Of a stretch of 64,000 nucleotides of DNA, positions 1 to 11,202 are shown piece by piece. The notes under the pieces are model-generated. The model was not told where the DNA came from. It made no database searches and saw only the letters and a program-made list of their open reading frames with translations. A program made the translations under genes and the position numbers. Within the stretch, counting starts at the first letter, position 1. Every line of letters starts with the position of its first letter. The DNA is from Hydrolagus colliei. Taxonomy: Eukaryota. The stretch covers positions 8,742,001-8,806,000 of the forward strand of contig CM068761.1 in assembly GCA_035084275.1 (NCBI GenBank), given 5' to 3'.

Positions 1-214
1 AGTGAGATTGGCCTGTGGAAGGGGTATAATATAGAAGGAACTTGCCATCATTGCTTTTCATCAATGTTACGGTCACATTTTGCAGTTTTATTTTGCAGAG
101 TATTGTTGCTCTTCCTGTTGCTATGAAAAATATCAAATGCAAATTTGTGATTTTGGAGAATATTTGAGCAGAAATTCCACTTGGGCTACTGAACTATCCA
201 TATCAGCCTGCCTT

Positions 215-510
215 TCCCCTCCGTTCAGTGGGCTCTGACCTGCTCCATGTCCCCTGCCCGAACTACCATAGCATTCGTGGCTGGGCTTTCAGCCACTCTG
301 CCCCCACACTCTGGAACTTCATCCCACAATCCCTTCACATCACTTCTGCCGTTTCGTCCTTCAAGCGATTCTAAAGACATTTCTCTTCAACCGTACCTTC
401 TTCTGCCCTCCTAACTCTCCTCCTTCCCCCTTCCCCTACCATCCCCCGGTCCCCACCCCAACCCCCGACCCCCCACATGGATCCTGACCTAACTGTTCAG
501 CGCATTGGGG
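215..510 (+). mobile_element. L2-type LINE 3' end fragment (approximate bounds)
   Basis: Degenerate L2 tail (gggctttcagccactctgcccccacactctggaac...cttcaagcgattctaaagacatttctcttcaaccgtaccttc) resembling other L2 tails in the window, e.g. 55640-55760. Confidence 0.55.
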
Positions 511-699
511 CATCCTACTCTCTGCTTACTACCCGATAGCCATTCTTTTATCTAGGTTAATATGTTCCCATTAATCCCATGGGCCTTAATCTTGAGTAGT
601 TAGTTGAATATGCTGGATATTCGGGCGGCAGTTTGCTGAAATCTAACACAAAATATTAACTTTTTTTAAACATCTTGTTTCTCATCCACAAACCCGAGA

Positions 700-1110
700 A
701 AGTTAACCGTGAAGTTTAAGAGGAGATTTAGTAGAAGATTTCAAAATTATCAGGGGATTCAAGACAGTGAACAAGAAGCAACTATTTCCACTGGCAACTG
801 GATTGGTAACCCGAGGACATTAATTTAAAGTAGTTGTTAAGAGAAGTAGAGGGGAGACAAGGAGAAAGTTTTTCAAACATCGTGTTGTTCGCATCTGGAT
901 TGCATTGCCTGAAAGGGTGGTGGAAGATTATTTGATAACAACTGTTTAGAGAGAAATTCATAGTTATTTGAGGAGGACAGATTGCAGGGCTATGTGGAGA
1001 TCACGGGGGAGAAGGTTTGATTAGGATTACCCTTTTTCAAACAGCTGGCACAAACATAATGCCCAGAATGGCCTTCTGTCTCTGCTGTATGATTCTACGA
1101 TTCTATGAAC
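700..1110 (+). mobile_element. CR1 LINE 3' end fragment
   Basis: Degenerate ORF2 C-terminus (agaggagatttagtagaagatttcaaaattatcagggg, gcatctggattgcattgcctgaaagggtggtggaag) ending in the ATTCTATG-type tail gattctacgattctatga at about 1090-1107. Confidence 0.7.
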
Positions 1111-1339
1111 ATCTTCATGCACAAGTATCTCCTTAGCTTTCTGACCTACTTTCTCCCCACTCTACTAACCACTGCGTGAAGGGCATTATTTAAATGCTGT
1201 TTTTGTTCTCCATTATGAAAGTCCATTGTAGACATTGCTGTGCCTTCAAGCTATAGGCAAGAGTATTGTAGTGTTTCACATGGTGATGAAGAGGCTCACA
1301 TGGAGTTCCTGGAATCTAATGGTTACCTAATGAAGCCTG

Positions 1340-2560
1340 AAAAATGCGCGTGTTAGATATCAAATTAAAAAAAAGGAAGGGTGACCTAAGGCATGGTCAA
1401 AGAGTAACATCTTGAGCTGGGCTTTCAAGGAGCGGAGGGATGTGGCAAGGTGAAAGAATGGGATTCTAGAGGCTGAAAGACTGAATGCTGAACTGCTGCG
1501 ACAGGTAGGGCATAGTATATGGAGCAGGCTACTGCGCACCAACCATAGGGAGAGAAAGGTAGGTAAAATTGTAGCAGTCAGATGGAGCAGAACCATGGAT
1601 GGCTTGAAAAGTGAGGTTAAGAATCACAAGCTTATTCCTCTAGCTTCTGGAGAGCCTGTGGAGCACAGAGTTGGGAGGCCTGAAAAGCTGGAAGTTAGTT
1701 TAGCATAGTCAAGCCACAACGTGATTAAAGTAAATGTGATTAATGGATGTGCTTGGGGGGAAAGGCAGGCAATTATGTGGAGGTGGGCAAGGCTGAATTG
1801 GAAAAGGCACAGATGTAGGACGAACAAAACAGCAACTTTCTGTATTGGTTCTGTGAGGTGGCGAGTTCATGTATGATGAGGAATAATGATGCAGTCAGTA
1901 CCTGAGGTGAGAATGCATTGGTAGGAGCCAAGAAGCAGAGCCTTCATCGTATCAATATTCAAATGTAGAAAGTTGACTTTCATCAGGACTGGATGCCTGA
2001 CATCAGATAGCAGTGGGAGAATGTAATATTAAAGAGGAGAGGACTAATGATGAAGCTGTCGGGAATGCTGCTCATAATGATGCAAAGGGTGAAGGAAAAA
2101 CCAAACGTAGACAGAAATTAGAGCCAATGGTAAAGGTAGAAGTGAAACCAGGCAATGACAGACCATGAAGGCGGATCTTGGAGCAGAAGCAGACGAGAAG
2201 TATAGAATGGCAGCACTGCGGAAGATGTCAAAAATATTGAGGAACACTAGGAGACAGTGGGAACATGGTCACAAATGGACAACATGTAATTTGTAAGTGT
2301 GACAAAGCCTGTCTATGTACTGTAGACAGCACAAAATGGATTGGCGGGTCTCATACAAGGTGGGGGAGTAAGAGTGAACCGGACTCATTGTAGGAACTTG
2401 GAAACAAAAGCAAGTTTGGGGATGGGATAGCAGTTTGAGAACAGAGGTGGGTGAAACAAAGTTTTTTGGTGGGAGATGATGATAACTGTTTTTAAGTGTG
2501 TGTGAATAGTTCCAGTGTAGAGAGAGGATTGAGATTTGGTCATCAAGATGTGGCTCTTGC
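1340..2560 (-). mobile_element. Degenerate L2 LINE 3' portion
   Basis: Reverse strand resembles the L2 tail and ORF2 C-terminus (LKAQLKMLLFDHA in ORF 1360-1596); fragmented. Confidence 0.55.
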
Positions 2561-3138
2561 CAACGTGCAGCTCATACTTTCTGGAATTACATACCGGTAA
2601 GTAGGATACGTCACTCTAGAGAGATTGCACACTCCATTCCACACACGGGAAAATCTCTGTGCACAGCTGGTAATGCACATGTAGTTCTCTTAGTTTGGAG
2701 GTGCATTAGCATTGGAATAGTTTTCCACATATGGGAGGCACCTAGGTGACCAAAATAAATGTACAGGTGTCTCAACATAGTTGGAGCAAATAAGGTAATT
2801 GAACATTAGATTAAATAAACGTTATTAAAATGTTCAACAGGTGCAACAGGTTGACATAGAGACTGAATCACTGAAAAGAGAAGTGGAAACATTGAAGAAT
2901 ATAGAGAAAGAGCTGGAACAGAATAGAAATACCAGTGTACTAATTTAACAAAACAACCAGGGTAGTAGTGATGCAGAGAGGATGGGCGAAATGATACCCT
3001 TCTATAATGACAATGGCTTGTTTTCATGTCCCATCAATGAATGGAAAGTTTGACCAGATCCCTAAATAATTAAAATAAATCTGGAGAAAGAACAGGGTAG
3101 GTCTCCAGCTCTTTTTCAGAGGAAAGTGCAGATGTGTC

Positions 3139-3530
3139 AGCGTGGCACAGTTGGTAGCATCTAAACTTTAATGCAAAAGACTGTGGGTTCAAGTCCCACG
3201 TTAGGCCTTTCAAGTCATGTTGTCTGGATTGACACTCTAATACAATGATGGGAATGTGCTTCATCGTTGGAAGTATCATTCAGTTTTTCTGTTCATGGCA
3301 GATGTTTAACATCCCTCGTCACTGTGGAAAAGAGAAGACAATGTATTTCCTACACTTCATGGCTGTTTTTGATACTTCACTTTGTTCGAATTTGTTGCCA
3401 CGTTTAGCAACAATATATGTTTAGTGAAGCATTATACAATGCACCCTTGGCTGCCGCTGTTTGAGCACAATTCACTTTGAAGTATATTCTATGAAACTCT
3501 TTGAGCCATGATAGGCACTATATCAAAGGT
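3139..3530 (+). mobile_element. tRNA-derived SINE, Deu-SINE/SacSINE1-like, degenerate
   Basis: A-box-like gtggcacagttggtag and B-box-like gggttcaagtccc; body resembles the copy at 43140-43550; tail ctctttgagccatgataggcactatatcaaa. Confidence 0.55.
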
Positions 3531-4465
3531 GAGGATTATTAATATGTCAATTTCCCTGGGGATGGAATTGAATGATTCCTCTCTTCCCCCACACCCCCCA
3601 TCGTAATCTGCAAAGTATTAGGGGCAGGTTGGCTATAGTATAATATCCTTTGTGGTCATATTATCTTTTGTGGCGCTGCTAGAGATTATACAGATAAAAC
3701 CATATTTGTCATTAAATGTATTTCCTGGCAAGCTACACACCGCTTGTCCAACTCGACCACTCCACCCTACGGAATTCCAAACAACACAAAACTGCATTAC
3801 TAACATAACGCACACCTATGGTGATCTTCGGTCACCAGATCTCGGGGCGCTTCACCATTTATAACGTTTCCAGCGAAAACAATTCTGTTAAGCATCGCAA
3901 AGTGGGAATGAGGTGTGAGGGAAGGATGGGGCTGGTACTTGTGGGAAGGTGACCTTTTATATCAAATACAATGATATTGTATCTCTATATAACTAAATAA
4001 TTATATTGGCTGCATAGTTCAGTGATCTAAAAGCATCAACGATCTGAAAGCATAAGTGTAGTGTGACCTTCCGTACAGGTCTGTATCTCACAGCTTGCAA
4101 ACTGTATCTGCGTAAAACGATGAAGGATTCTCAGCAACAAATTATCCAACTTCGGTACAAACGTCACTAGTGTAATTCTACGGGAATAATGGAAAGATCT
4201 TCCAGGATTCATACACTATAACCCATAACATATATTTATATTGAATGGAATCAGACGTTAACAGTATGCTATGAATACTTAGGGATTATTTAATGCTGGT
4301 TGATTTTAAATTAAGTACTGGAAATAAAAGATCTTAAGTGATTCAAACTCTTCACGGAGACATGATATGCAATAGTATTATGAAAAGTGCTTTGAAATGT
4401 GGGCAGTAAAATTACTGAAATCTGGACGGTGTTCAATTTCCCATTTAGATCAAGGACTCAAACCT

Positions 4466-4531
4466 ATTGGACGATGCATCCCCGAAAGTGATTTGCATAG
4501 CTAATGATTTCATCTGGACTTGCATCACCTG
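4466..4531 (+). promoter_or_regulatory. IgL cluster 1 promoter module: ATTGG 4466-4470, octamer ATTTGCAT 4491-4498, octamer variant ACTTGCAT 4518-4525, E-box CACCTG 4526-4531
   Basis: Exact octamer 133 bp upstream of the ATG; the same module and octamer spacing recur in all four intact clusters. Confidence 0.85.
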
Positions 4532-4623
4532 ATGGTTCATAAGCAGAAGTTTACAATCGAGCAGTAAAGTGGCTTTTGTCTAGAAAATCCCTCATCTCTC
4601 AGGTCGTCATCAAACTGTTCACA

Positions 4624-4672
4624 ATGGGCGATTGGTTCCGAGTTCTGGCCGCTTTGCTCCTGTGTCTGCATG
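4624..4672 (+). CDS. IGL: Ig lambda-like (type II) light chain cluster 1, leader exon (MGDWFRVLAALLLCLH-G)
   Basis: ATG at 4624, hydrophobic signal peptide, phase-1 donor G|GTAAG at 4673. Confidence 0.93.
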
Positions 4673-4724
4673 GTAAGCGCTGCGGAATCCGCACTGATCT
4701 CAATTACAATGATTGTGTACAGTT

Positions 4725-4788
4725 CTATAATGTGACCTATCTACAGTGTGACCTCTCTACAGTGTGACCTATCTACAGTGTGACTTAT
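4725..4788 (+). repeat. 16-bp tandem repeat (CTACAGTGTGACCTAT) x4 in the leader intron
   Basis: Units start at 4725, 4741, 4757 and 4773. Confidence 0.9.
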
Positions 4789-4810
4789 CTGTGACTTGTT
4801 ATTTCTCCAG

Positions 4811-5161
4811 GAACAACCGCAGCTGTTACCCTGACTCAGCCACCGTCCATCTCAACCTCCCCGGGAAACACCGTCAAGATCACCTGTACCATGTCCGGAG
4901 AAGATATCGACAGCTACCTCGTGAGCTGGTACCAGCAGAAGCCTGGCAGCGCCCCTGTGTTTGTTTGGGATGAGAACGGCAACAAAGGTCAGGGGATTCC
5001 TGATCGATTCGCCGGTTCTGTGGACTCATCGAGCAACCGCATGGATCTAACCATCAGCGGTGTGCAGCCGGAGGACGCCGCCGATTATTACTGTGGTGCC
5101 GGGTATACCAACAGTCCATATAACGTCTTGTTCGGTAAAGGGACCAGGCTGAGTTTGCGAA
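4811..5161 (+). CDS. IGL: IgL cluster 1, germline-joined VJ exon
   Basis: Acceptor tttctccag at 4810. Open frame [11 protein letters not shown]...KITC...WYQQKPG...DYYC-GAGYTNSPYNVL-FGKGTRLSLR; donor A|GTAAGT at 5162; no heptamer/nonamer between V and J. Confidence 0.95.
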
Positions 5162-5769
5162 GTAAGTGATCTTTGACATTGTATACTTTGCAGGGGATTG
5201 TTTCGACTTTTCGATGGCTATTTTTTTCTGGTTCTACTTCAAAGTAACACATGAATATTTGTATCCTTCACGGTATGTTTTCATAATCTTATGCCCACAA
5301 GCTTCTGAATTTAAAAAAATTATGTGGAGATCTGATATTTTGAAGAAACAAACAACAACTTGCAATTATATTTCGCCCTTCACGCGGGACAGTTTGATGT
5401 TTATCCCTGAAGAGTTTGATTAATTGAATTTTTTTATTTCGAGAATGAAATAATATTTCGGGTAAAACAAATATGCGAATCCTGAGTTTAATTGACAATT
5501 TCTGATGAATTAAGGCGAACTGTGTAGGAAATTAGCAAAAGCTGAAACGTGGAGGAACCAACTACATTAGTCACGCAGAGTTAAATGGTACAGTATACTG
5601 AAAGACCGAATATCCGAGATCCACTGCACTGCCATCTAGAGATCCTGGTAAATAATGAGCGACAAGGAAAGGAGATAACAGTTTCATACCTGGTGCCAGG
5701 ATAAGTCATTTACATGGATAAGTCATTTTTTTCTTCCCGGAGTCTGTACGCATGAGATGATATTTAAAA

Positions 5770-6030
5770 GCGAGACACTTGGGTTCAATTGCCGGCAGGA
5801 TGAAACCTTGGGCAACTTTCCTTACTTCACACACCTAATAATAATCCGTCCACGAAAATAATAATAAATTGGTCATTTCAATTCACGGCTGCTTGTGGGA
5901 CACTGCTGTGTGGGATTGGCTGCCGCGTTTTGCCACAAATATAAAATAATTCACAACAGAATATTCTGTGAAGCGCTTTGAGATGTCCAGAATAAGTGAA
6001 AAGCGCTGAATCAAATGCAAAGATTATTAT
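5770..6030 (+). mobile_element. Short tRNA-derived SINE with Deu-type 3' part, in the J-C intron
   Basis: gggttcaattgcc B-box-like; tgtgggacactgctgtgtgggattggctgccgcg core; gaagcgctttgagatgtcc tail. Confidence 0.6.
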
Positions 6031-7448
6031 TATTTTTGAGAACCTTCAGCACAGATAGATGAACAGCTTTCCATAGGGTGACTCTCCCTGGACTCTAATG
6101 CTCTAATTGGTGAGCGGTTCAAATTTCAGAGGGAACCAGATACCGAGGAAATGTTTCTGGTTTGTAAATAATTTCATATTTGAAGAATTTCGACTTCCAA
6201 GAAACCAAGTATTCCAAGAATTTCGACTTCCAAGAAACTCTTCAATTGATATCCAGACAACTGAACATAACCGTAAGAGAGGTTTATCTGACAATTATTT
6301 CATATTAATATCTAATCCATTATTGTTTGAATAATTGAAATGCTATAATCGGCTCAGTGAGTGAAAATGTATTTTTATACTATTTAGACTTGTGTAATTT
6401 AGACACTGTTATTTCTCCCATTAATAGGAGACTCCATATTATTCTTTTCCCGCAGAATTATATTCGAATTTCTGCTTGTTTAAAATGTTTTATTTTCTCC
6501 CAATTCCGTGTTTGATATCAGTGAGGGGAACACCATTGCAATTAGAAGCAGAGACTCAACAATGTTACTTGTGTTTTACCGCAAGTTGGCTGTAGTGGCA
6601 GGTGTCTGAGTGAAGACACAGACTGAGGAGCAGCTTCATTTGGTCAAAGCAAAAATGAACGTACGAAGAAAAACGTTATGTAACTGGTGTAAATGTAATA
6701 TGTTTATTTCCTATAGAATATGGATCGCTATTTATAAATACAATCCAACATAATTCAAGCAATAAAACATTGTGAAATTGGCAGTAATTCTCTTCAGCTG
6801 CTGAAATTTTTATGTAATTGTGCTTCTCAGGTGCTTTGTACATTTTCTTTCATACAGCGTTTGAGAAAAGCGAGCCTTCTCTTTTACCCCGAGATGTTCA
6901 CGTTTTTAACACCTGCCGCTCTTGCTTGTAAAATATTGTTGGTCGAAAAGGCGGTTATTTTTTTAATTGGACGATAAAGGAATGTGCGAGTTTTATCCGT
7001 TCTCTTCCTTGGGAATGATCTTCGTCAAAGATATAATTACTGTAATAATCAAAAGTGTTAATGCGTCTTCAATCTTTGGCTCATTTGCCATATTCCTTGT
7101 AGCATTTAAATATTTAGCGTCTGGAATCTTTTCTGATTATTGCGGTGTTTATCTTCTTAAATGTATTTGTGTCAAACTACTGATGCTATAATAAGATACA
7201 GAGTATGTGGTGAGCAAACCTTACCAACACTAATCACTTCACATTGATTTCATATCTTTTTACGCGGGAATTGTCATTGCTCAACATTATTGCGGACAAG
7301 AAAAGACTGCATGATATGTTTTTCAGTAATAATGTGAAACGTGTTGCGTAGATCCTTTGAACAAGGACATTATGATTCAGTATATTTAATATTTAGTTTT
7401 CAACTGATCTTCGGTCATCAAATAATGAACATTATCCTTTCCTTCCAG

Positions 7449-7771
7449 ACCCACGGGCCCCTTCGGTGACTGTCCTTCCGCCGCCACCAGAACAAATCAC
7501 AGCGAAGAGCAAGGCGACCCTGGTGTGTCTGGTGAATGATTTTACCCCGGGAGCTGTGGAGGTCAAGTGGACTGTGGATGGCAGTGCCAGAAGTGAAGGT
7601 GTTGAAACGAGTGCGATCAAGCAGGAGGTGGACAACACGTACAGTGTGAGCAGTTATCTGACTCTGCCAGCCTCCGAGTGGGAGTCACACGAGCTGTATT
7701 CCTGTCTGGTCAAACACGAGGCTCGGGGGACTCCGCTTAAAACAACCATCGCTAGATCCAGTTGTATCTAA
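7449..7771 (+). CDS. IGL: IgL cluster 1, constant exon
   Basis: Acceptor ccttccag at 7448. 323-nt exon encoding a C1-set Ig domain (ATLVCLV, VKWTVDG, YSVSSYL, YSCLVKHE) with C-terminal SSCI*. Spliced product is 240 aa. Confidence 0.95.
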
Positions 7772-8207
7772 ATCGGGAATGCGTAGCTCAACTCGCAATT
7801 ATTTCATTTTAGCCAACCTACCTTCAATAATAATGAAAATTTGTTTTTTAATATTTTGTAGATGGTTTTGCGTCATACACTTCCCAAACAGCTAACAATT
7901 AATATGCAGTTCATATCGTTTGCTGGAATCCATAGGTTCAATTCTAAGTGTTCGGACAACCATAAAATATATTTGCATTGTCCTTTGTGCGTCGCTCATT
8001 TACTTCCAGATTTTCTTTCTTTTAGTCAAACAATGAGGTTTTCATCTTATTTGTATTATTCAGCACATGGGTAAAACATAAAGCAGCGTCCATTTTTATG
8101 GACTTGGTTTACAGACGTGCAATCTAGCGGAGAAAATATTACACTGGTGATAAATCATAGCAACAAGTGAGCAGGAATTGAATATTTCCCTGTATGTTAT
8201 TTTAAAA

Positions 8208-8499
8208 ATAATCCTTACATTTGACATAGCACTTTTCAAGGCTTCTAGACATCTCAAAGTGCTTCATAGAATATACTGTAAAGTGAATTGACTGTGTATT
8301 TGCGGTCGAAACGTGGCAGCCAATTGCGCACAGCAGTGTCCCACAAACAGTAGTGAATTGAAATGACCAATTTATTATAGTTTTTTAGGAGGACGGCTTA
8401 TTATTAGGGGTGTGGAATAAGAAAACTTGCCCTGATCTGCCTGAATTCGAAACACAGGTCTCACGCTTGTAAGGCGAGTACTCTAACCATTGAGCTACA
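8208..8499 (-). mobile_element. Short tRNA-derived Deu-type SINE
   Basis: Reverse strand head gtagctcaatggttagagtactcgccttacaagcgtgagacctgtgtttcgaattc; same family as 62810-63112. Confidence 0.7.
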
Positions 8500-9105
8500 C
8501 TATTCAATTTTAGCTTTCTATTGTACCCTACTGAGTGTAATACCCATCACTCCAAACCAGTTAGAGATTGTAAGATCGTTTTGTGTTAAACTTTATTATT
8601 ATCTGGATTCGGACGAAAGGAGGGCGGATGTTGAATCCATTCTTCATTTGCAAGTCGTTTTTCTGCGTTTTTTTTTTTTAAAAGAGCCAACTTTCCAATT
8701 AAACCTGAAATTATTTTCTTCACAATTCTGCAGAAATTTAAATGTCATGACAAAATGCTGGACGTCTGCTGTTTGATTCTGACTTCCGCCTCGCAACAGC
8801 TTGGCTGATTTATTAATATCAGCAGATATCGCTGTATCAACTGATCAAAGTTGTATGTGTGTTTCACTACTTCTTCCCCTTTCATTACAAACTACAACAC
8901 ACCACCAATCAAATGCCATCTTTGCCAATCGCACGCCTTGGCTGAGTGCCAAAGGCATACTTCTTTCATTGTTACTCTATTAGAGAGGCCACATACACAC
9001 ACTAAAACATTTGACTTCACATATATCAATAAAACGTAATCAACATGTGTAATCTTATCCAACACATTTTCCTGGAAATAATGACATGGTATTGATAAGG
9101 TATTG

Positions 9106-11202
9106 CAGGGCCGTACGCAGGATTTTTTTTGGGGGGGTGCGAATTGCTAGTGATGGGACCAACAATGGTCGGCGGTTTGCGGGCTGCCCCCGAAGCCCCC
9201 TCGAGGCTCCGACGTTTTACACAGTTTGAGGTCTTATTTAATCGATTCAGAAGATCTAATATGAACGGTAAATGTTTCATGCCCTTGGTGTTTAAGAGCA
9301 TCATTATTTATTCAGTGTTTATATTTTCCCCGGTAGTCCGTGTCTAATTGGGAAGGTCGAATGTGTTCGCCGATAAAAGCCAACACGACTGTTGACTCGA
9401 TGATGTAAGGAATGCGAACGATAAAGTAAATTACAATCCAATTAACACAGTACAATGACGAATGCTTGATAAATGTATGCGTATAGAGAAAATGATCATA
9501 AACTACAGATTGACGGTAATTAATAAGTTGTTCTGCATTGTTATCCTAAGACTAAATTTCTTTCGGACTGTAATGAACAATAATGTAAGAGTAAAGTATG
9601 AATTATGTGCTCAGATATTCCAGCAAAGCAAATTTTATAAAAGACAAGAAAATATACAGAAACTGAAAATCAGTGTCAAACAGTTAATTCACACGTGTTA
9701 CAAGCCTGTTATCAGCATTATCCTGAAAATATCGTTGAACTGTGAGCAATAGTGTAGTTAGTTTTTATTTATTTATTTAGAATCAAAATTAAAGGAAGTG
9801 ACCCATCAAGCAATACTGATCTGACGAAAAAATACTTGAAAAAATAAGGGAGGGGAAATTAATTCTTTAATAGCGTTCCGTATTCGAGACGCCTCGGTCG
9901 CTTTGAAGCCAATACGTCAACCGCTCTACCAATATCGATTTCCATATTATAATGAATGTGCATTAAGGCGAGGGCTGAAAGTCGCTCCTATACGGAGCAG
10001 AATGCTGGACAGTTAGGCAAACCTCGACCAGGAGATTAGGTGACTCGTGAGGTTTATACCAGGCTTCTAAGAGACGCCCTGAACGTTTACTGGCGACAGC
10101 ATCAGACAAATAGTGAGCTATATGGTACACTACCACACTGGTATCACAGACATTACTGCAGAGGCGTCTTAGGTTTAGCGGACATAGCTGGAGAAGCCGG
10201 GAGGAAACTGTCCATAGTGCTATGGACAATGCCAGAGTTCGCTCGATCAGCTTTTTTTATGCCAAATTCGTGCGACATTGATGTTTTTTCACTCTGGGTA
10301 CAAAACTGAAAGTGAAATAAAGTAGCACTGTTTACTTTGCGGCCATATGTTTTTTGCACGCCAGTGGACGTCTCTAAAAGCAATTTTTAATTACCGGAAT
10401 ACATTTTTAATAATATAAATCAAATGTGATAATCAAGACAAAACAAGAAACGTGATATTTCAGAAACACGCCTATCAAAACTTAAGTCATTTTTACTTAC
10501 ATTTATCAGATTAAAATACGATTTCAGCTTCCACAAAGTGGTGCTACCTTTTTATGTAGTGACTGTATACGGGATGATTTCCGATTGACACACCACGTAG
10601 AATAGGCGCTAAAGCCTAGGTCTATGTCCATGAGTATCTTTTTTTAAAGATAGGCATTCCCGTCCAGACACATATAACATTCTTGTTGGGTTCTCAAAAG
10701 CTTTAAGTTCTCAGAAGCTTGTAAATATGTTGTCATTGTTTGCTAGCATTACAGTCACACCTCTCAACACTTGAGTAATTTTTACTTACGGTGATCAGAT
10801 GAAAAGATGATTTAACTTCCAGTAGTGGTGCTGCCCCTTGTGGCTGTTTACGGGATGATTTCCAAACGAGGATGGGTTTGAGTCTTGGCGCCCATGTTTA
10901 TGCAGTCACGAGTCACAGACTCGCCGCGTCATGGACTGGTCTATCCACGCGGTATGTTTTGGGGTAGACGCCGATTCTGGTGTGCGACTCGATAATTTTA
11001 TATTAATACTAAATCATTCAAAGATGTGTATTTATAATTTATACATAGTTTTGAAGAACTGATTGTTACACAAATGTTCAATAAATTTACTTGGTATTTA
11101 AATTTGATAAAAAATACAATTCTCTACCCCGGAAAATGTGGACCTTTTATAATTTGGGGGGGTGCGTACGCACCCGTCGCACCCCCCCTGCGTACGGCCT
11201 TG
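9106..11202. mobile_element. Non-autonomous TIR DNA transposon (hAT-like termini), copy 1
   Basis: Left end CAGGGCCGTACGCAGG, right end CCTGCGTACGGCCTTG (15/16 inverted match). Near-identical second copy at 41614-44247. No transposase ORF; flanks (aggtattg / cagttact) are not a TSD. Confidence 0.85.
10050..10222 (+). mobile_element. RTE-clade LINE ORF2 C-terminal fragment inside the DNA transposon
   Basis: YTRLLRDALNVYWRQHQTNSELYGTLP followed, after a frameshift, by LVSQTLLQRRLRFSGHSWRSREE, resembling RTE motifs RMLRxxLNISWxxHxTNxELY and RRLRFAGHxxR. Confidence 0.65.

Noticed and set aside
4725-4788. 16-bp repeats as a CRISPR-like array
   Set aside because: Direct tandem repeats without spacers in a vertebrate intron.
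4576-4973. ORF-track entries overlapping the leaders and leader introns (4576-4767, 4764-4973, 20271-20480, 32519-32794, 32667-32873, 32886-33095, 47539-47757)
   Set aside because: Unspliced read-throughs or alternative frames of the promoter, leader and VJ; the spliced Ig model explains the sequence.
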